The translations under genes were made by a program, and so were the position numbers. A stretch of DNA of 63,678 nt, filler included, from Octopus bimaculoides (Eukaryota), in the NCBI RefSeq assembly GCF_001194135.2. It is 8 parts of 7 records of this genome, joined end to end, with 100 filler letters (N's around TTAATTAATTAA, not from the genome) between each part and the next. Parts side by side here need not be neighbours in the genome. Positions count along the whole stretch, not along the records: positions 55,110 to 62,562 come from NC_069010.1; positions 62,663 to 63,678 come from NW_026392574.1; 6 more parts are not named here. One strand, 5' to 3'. Positions 62,121 to 63,678 of the stretch are shown one piece after another. The notes below the pieces were generated by a model. That model did not search any database. It was given only the letters and a program-made list of their open reading frames with translations, and was not told the DNA's origin. Position 1 is the stretch's first letter; every line of letters begins with the position of its first letter.

Positions 62121-62345
62121 TTATGTATGTGCATGTATATGTTTGTGTTTGTCCCCACAACATCGCTCCACAATCAATGCCGATGTGTTTATGTCCCTGT
62201 AACTTAGCAGTTCAGCAAAAAAGGGGGCTGATAGAATAAGTACTAGGCTTACAAAGAATAAGTCCTGGGGTCGATTTGCTCGACTAAAGGCGGTGCTCCA
62301 GCATGGCCGCAGTCAAATGACTGAAACAAATAAAAGAGTAAAAGA
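61868..62345 (+). mobile_element. SINE family B, full length, head-to-head with the previous copy
   Basis: Same organisation on the opposite strand. Confidence 0.85.
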
Positions 62346-63678
62346 GAGAGAGGGGGGATTATTTGCAGGGAGCTTTGACATGCTACTTCTGTTCCTGTCT
62401 GCCAGCAAGCAGGGATGTCACATATTTCTTTCCCATCTGCCCAGCACACATCACCAAATTCCAACTGCTTTGAAAAGCAAATAAGTATATTTTCTTCAGA
62501 CAGCATCATTTCATAAAGCACCAACAGTTGCTGTACCGATTCCTTTAGTGGTTGTGTAAAACNNNNNNNNNNNNNNNNNNNNNNNNNNNNNNNNNNNNNN
62601 NNNNNNTTAATTAATTAANNNNNNNNNNNNNNNNNNNNNNNNNNNNNNNNNNNNNNNNNNNNATATATATATATATATATATATATATACGTTCATTCCA
62701 CATTTCGTTCCTTCGTTCCTCCTCGCTGCTCACATTTCCTTGCCTTCTCTTCTCTTTCCACTTTTCACTTCACTGTGTCCCTCATTTTTTCTCGCCCCTC
62801 CTTAATTCTTTTGTCCCTCTGCCTCTACCTCTCTCCAAGCCTTACTTTTCTCTCTTGGGCGGCCGTTGTGTGTGAAACATCGTTATTCCACCCTGTGCCT
62901 ATGAAATCTTGTATCCCGGCTGTAAGGCCTTATTTCCATAAACGCCAGCTTAATTTTATTCGTCCTTAGTCGAAAGACATCTGTTGTTATGTCCTGTTAT
63001 TATTCCTACTGTATTTGGGTAACACTGTTCGTTTTTTTCCGTCCTTGTTTTGTATACATTCGCTGCTTTCTTCCAAGGAATATAATGCTCTTAGCTTAGT
63101 TTTATCCTTGGGGCTGGCCAGATTGGAGCAATATAGAGAATAACCAGCCGAAAGTGCAAAGATAATCTGGATCTAGACTGAAGAAAGAAAACTCCGAATG
63201 ACCTGTCCGTGTTTTCTTTGTATCGTCTATCTGAATGTTTTGTCCCTTTCTCGTATCACCTAACTCTCTGGATATTTTGCGTTCTTGTCCCATTCTGTAT
63301 TATATATATATATATAGTGAAACCCGGTTGCATATCACGACATCCATAAAATATGTATATATATATATAAATTTCTTTATAAAAAGGTATTAAACTATGT
63401 GAAACGAAGGCATTTCTCTTTCTCGTCTTATGATTTCCACATATTTTCAACTTATAATTTTGCCACATGGCATATAGCAAATCTCCAGTATTTTCGCTCC
63501 TTATATATTTTTATTTTTCTACTATTTGCCTCACGTGGTACACAAAATTCCTGCGAAACCTACCTCCACCTCATCGGATAAAATAACCAATGAGGACATC
63601 CCTGAGGAAGTAAAAGAAATCAACACAAATTTAGTCACTCTAACCAACAAAATCGATGGACTATACCACCAAACCCGA

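Overview
This is AT-rich, microsatellite-dense animal genomic DNA with many N gaps. The repeat families look like those of a coleoid cephalopod, probably Octopus; this rests on recognition from memory, not a database search. One convincing protein-coding gene is present: an uninterrupted ~9.5-kb ORF (33112-42603, +). It encodes an N-terminal alpha-kinase (eEF2K/MHCK/TRPM7-type) domain in which both catalytic aspartates are substituted. A ~2,900-aa low-complexity tail follows, with an array of ~52 Tyr-bearing 13-17-aa repeats. There is one intact tRNA-Trp(CCA) gene (49249-49320, -). The rest is mobile-element debris: tRNA-derived SINEs of several families, Penelope-like elements (one with an inverted duplicated structure), Tx1/L1, RTE and R4/Dong LINE relics, mariner, maT-like and hAT transposase relics, and a Merlin-like MITE with an 8-bp TSD. 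The strongest leads are (1) the giant pseudo-alpha-kinase repeat scaffold, (2) a tRNA-headed SINE-like family with a 5' fold-back and a Penelope-type minimal hammerhead ribozyme tail, and (3) a 72-bp near-perfect hairpin. TE coordinates are approximate (about +/-10-20 nt).
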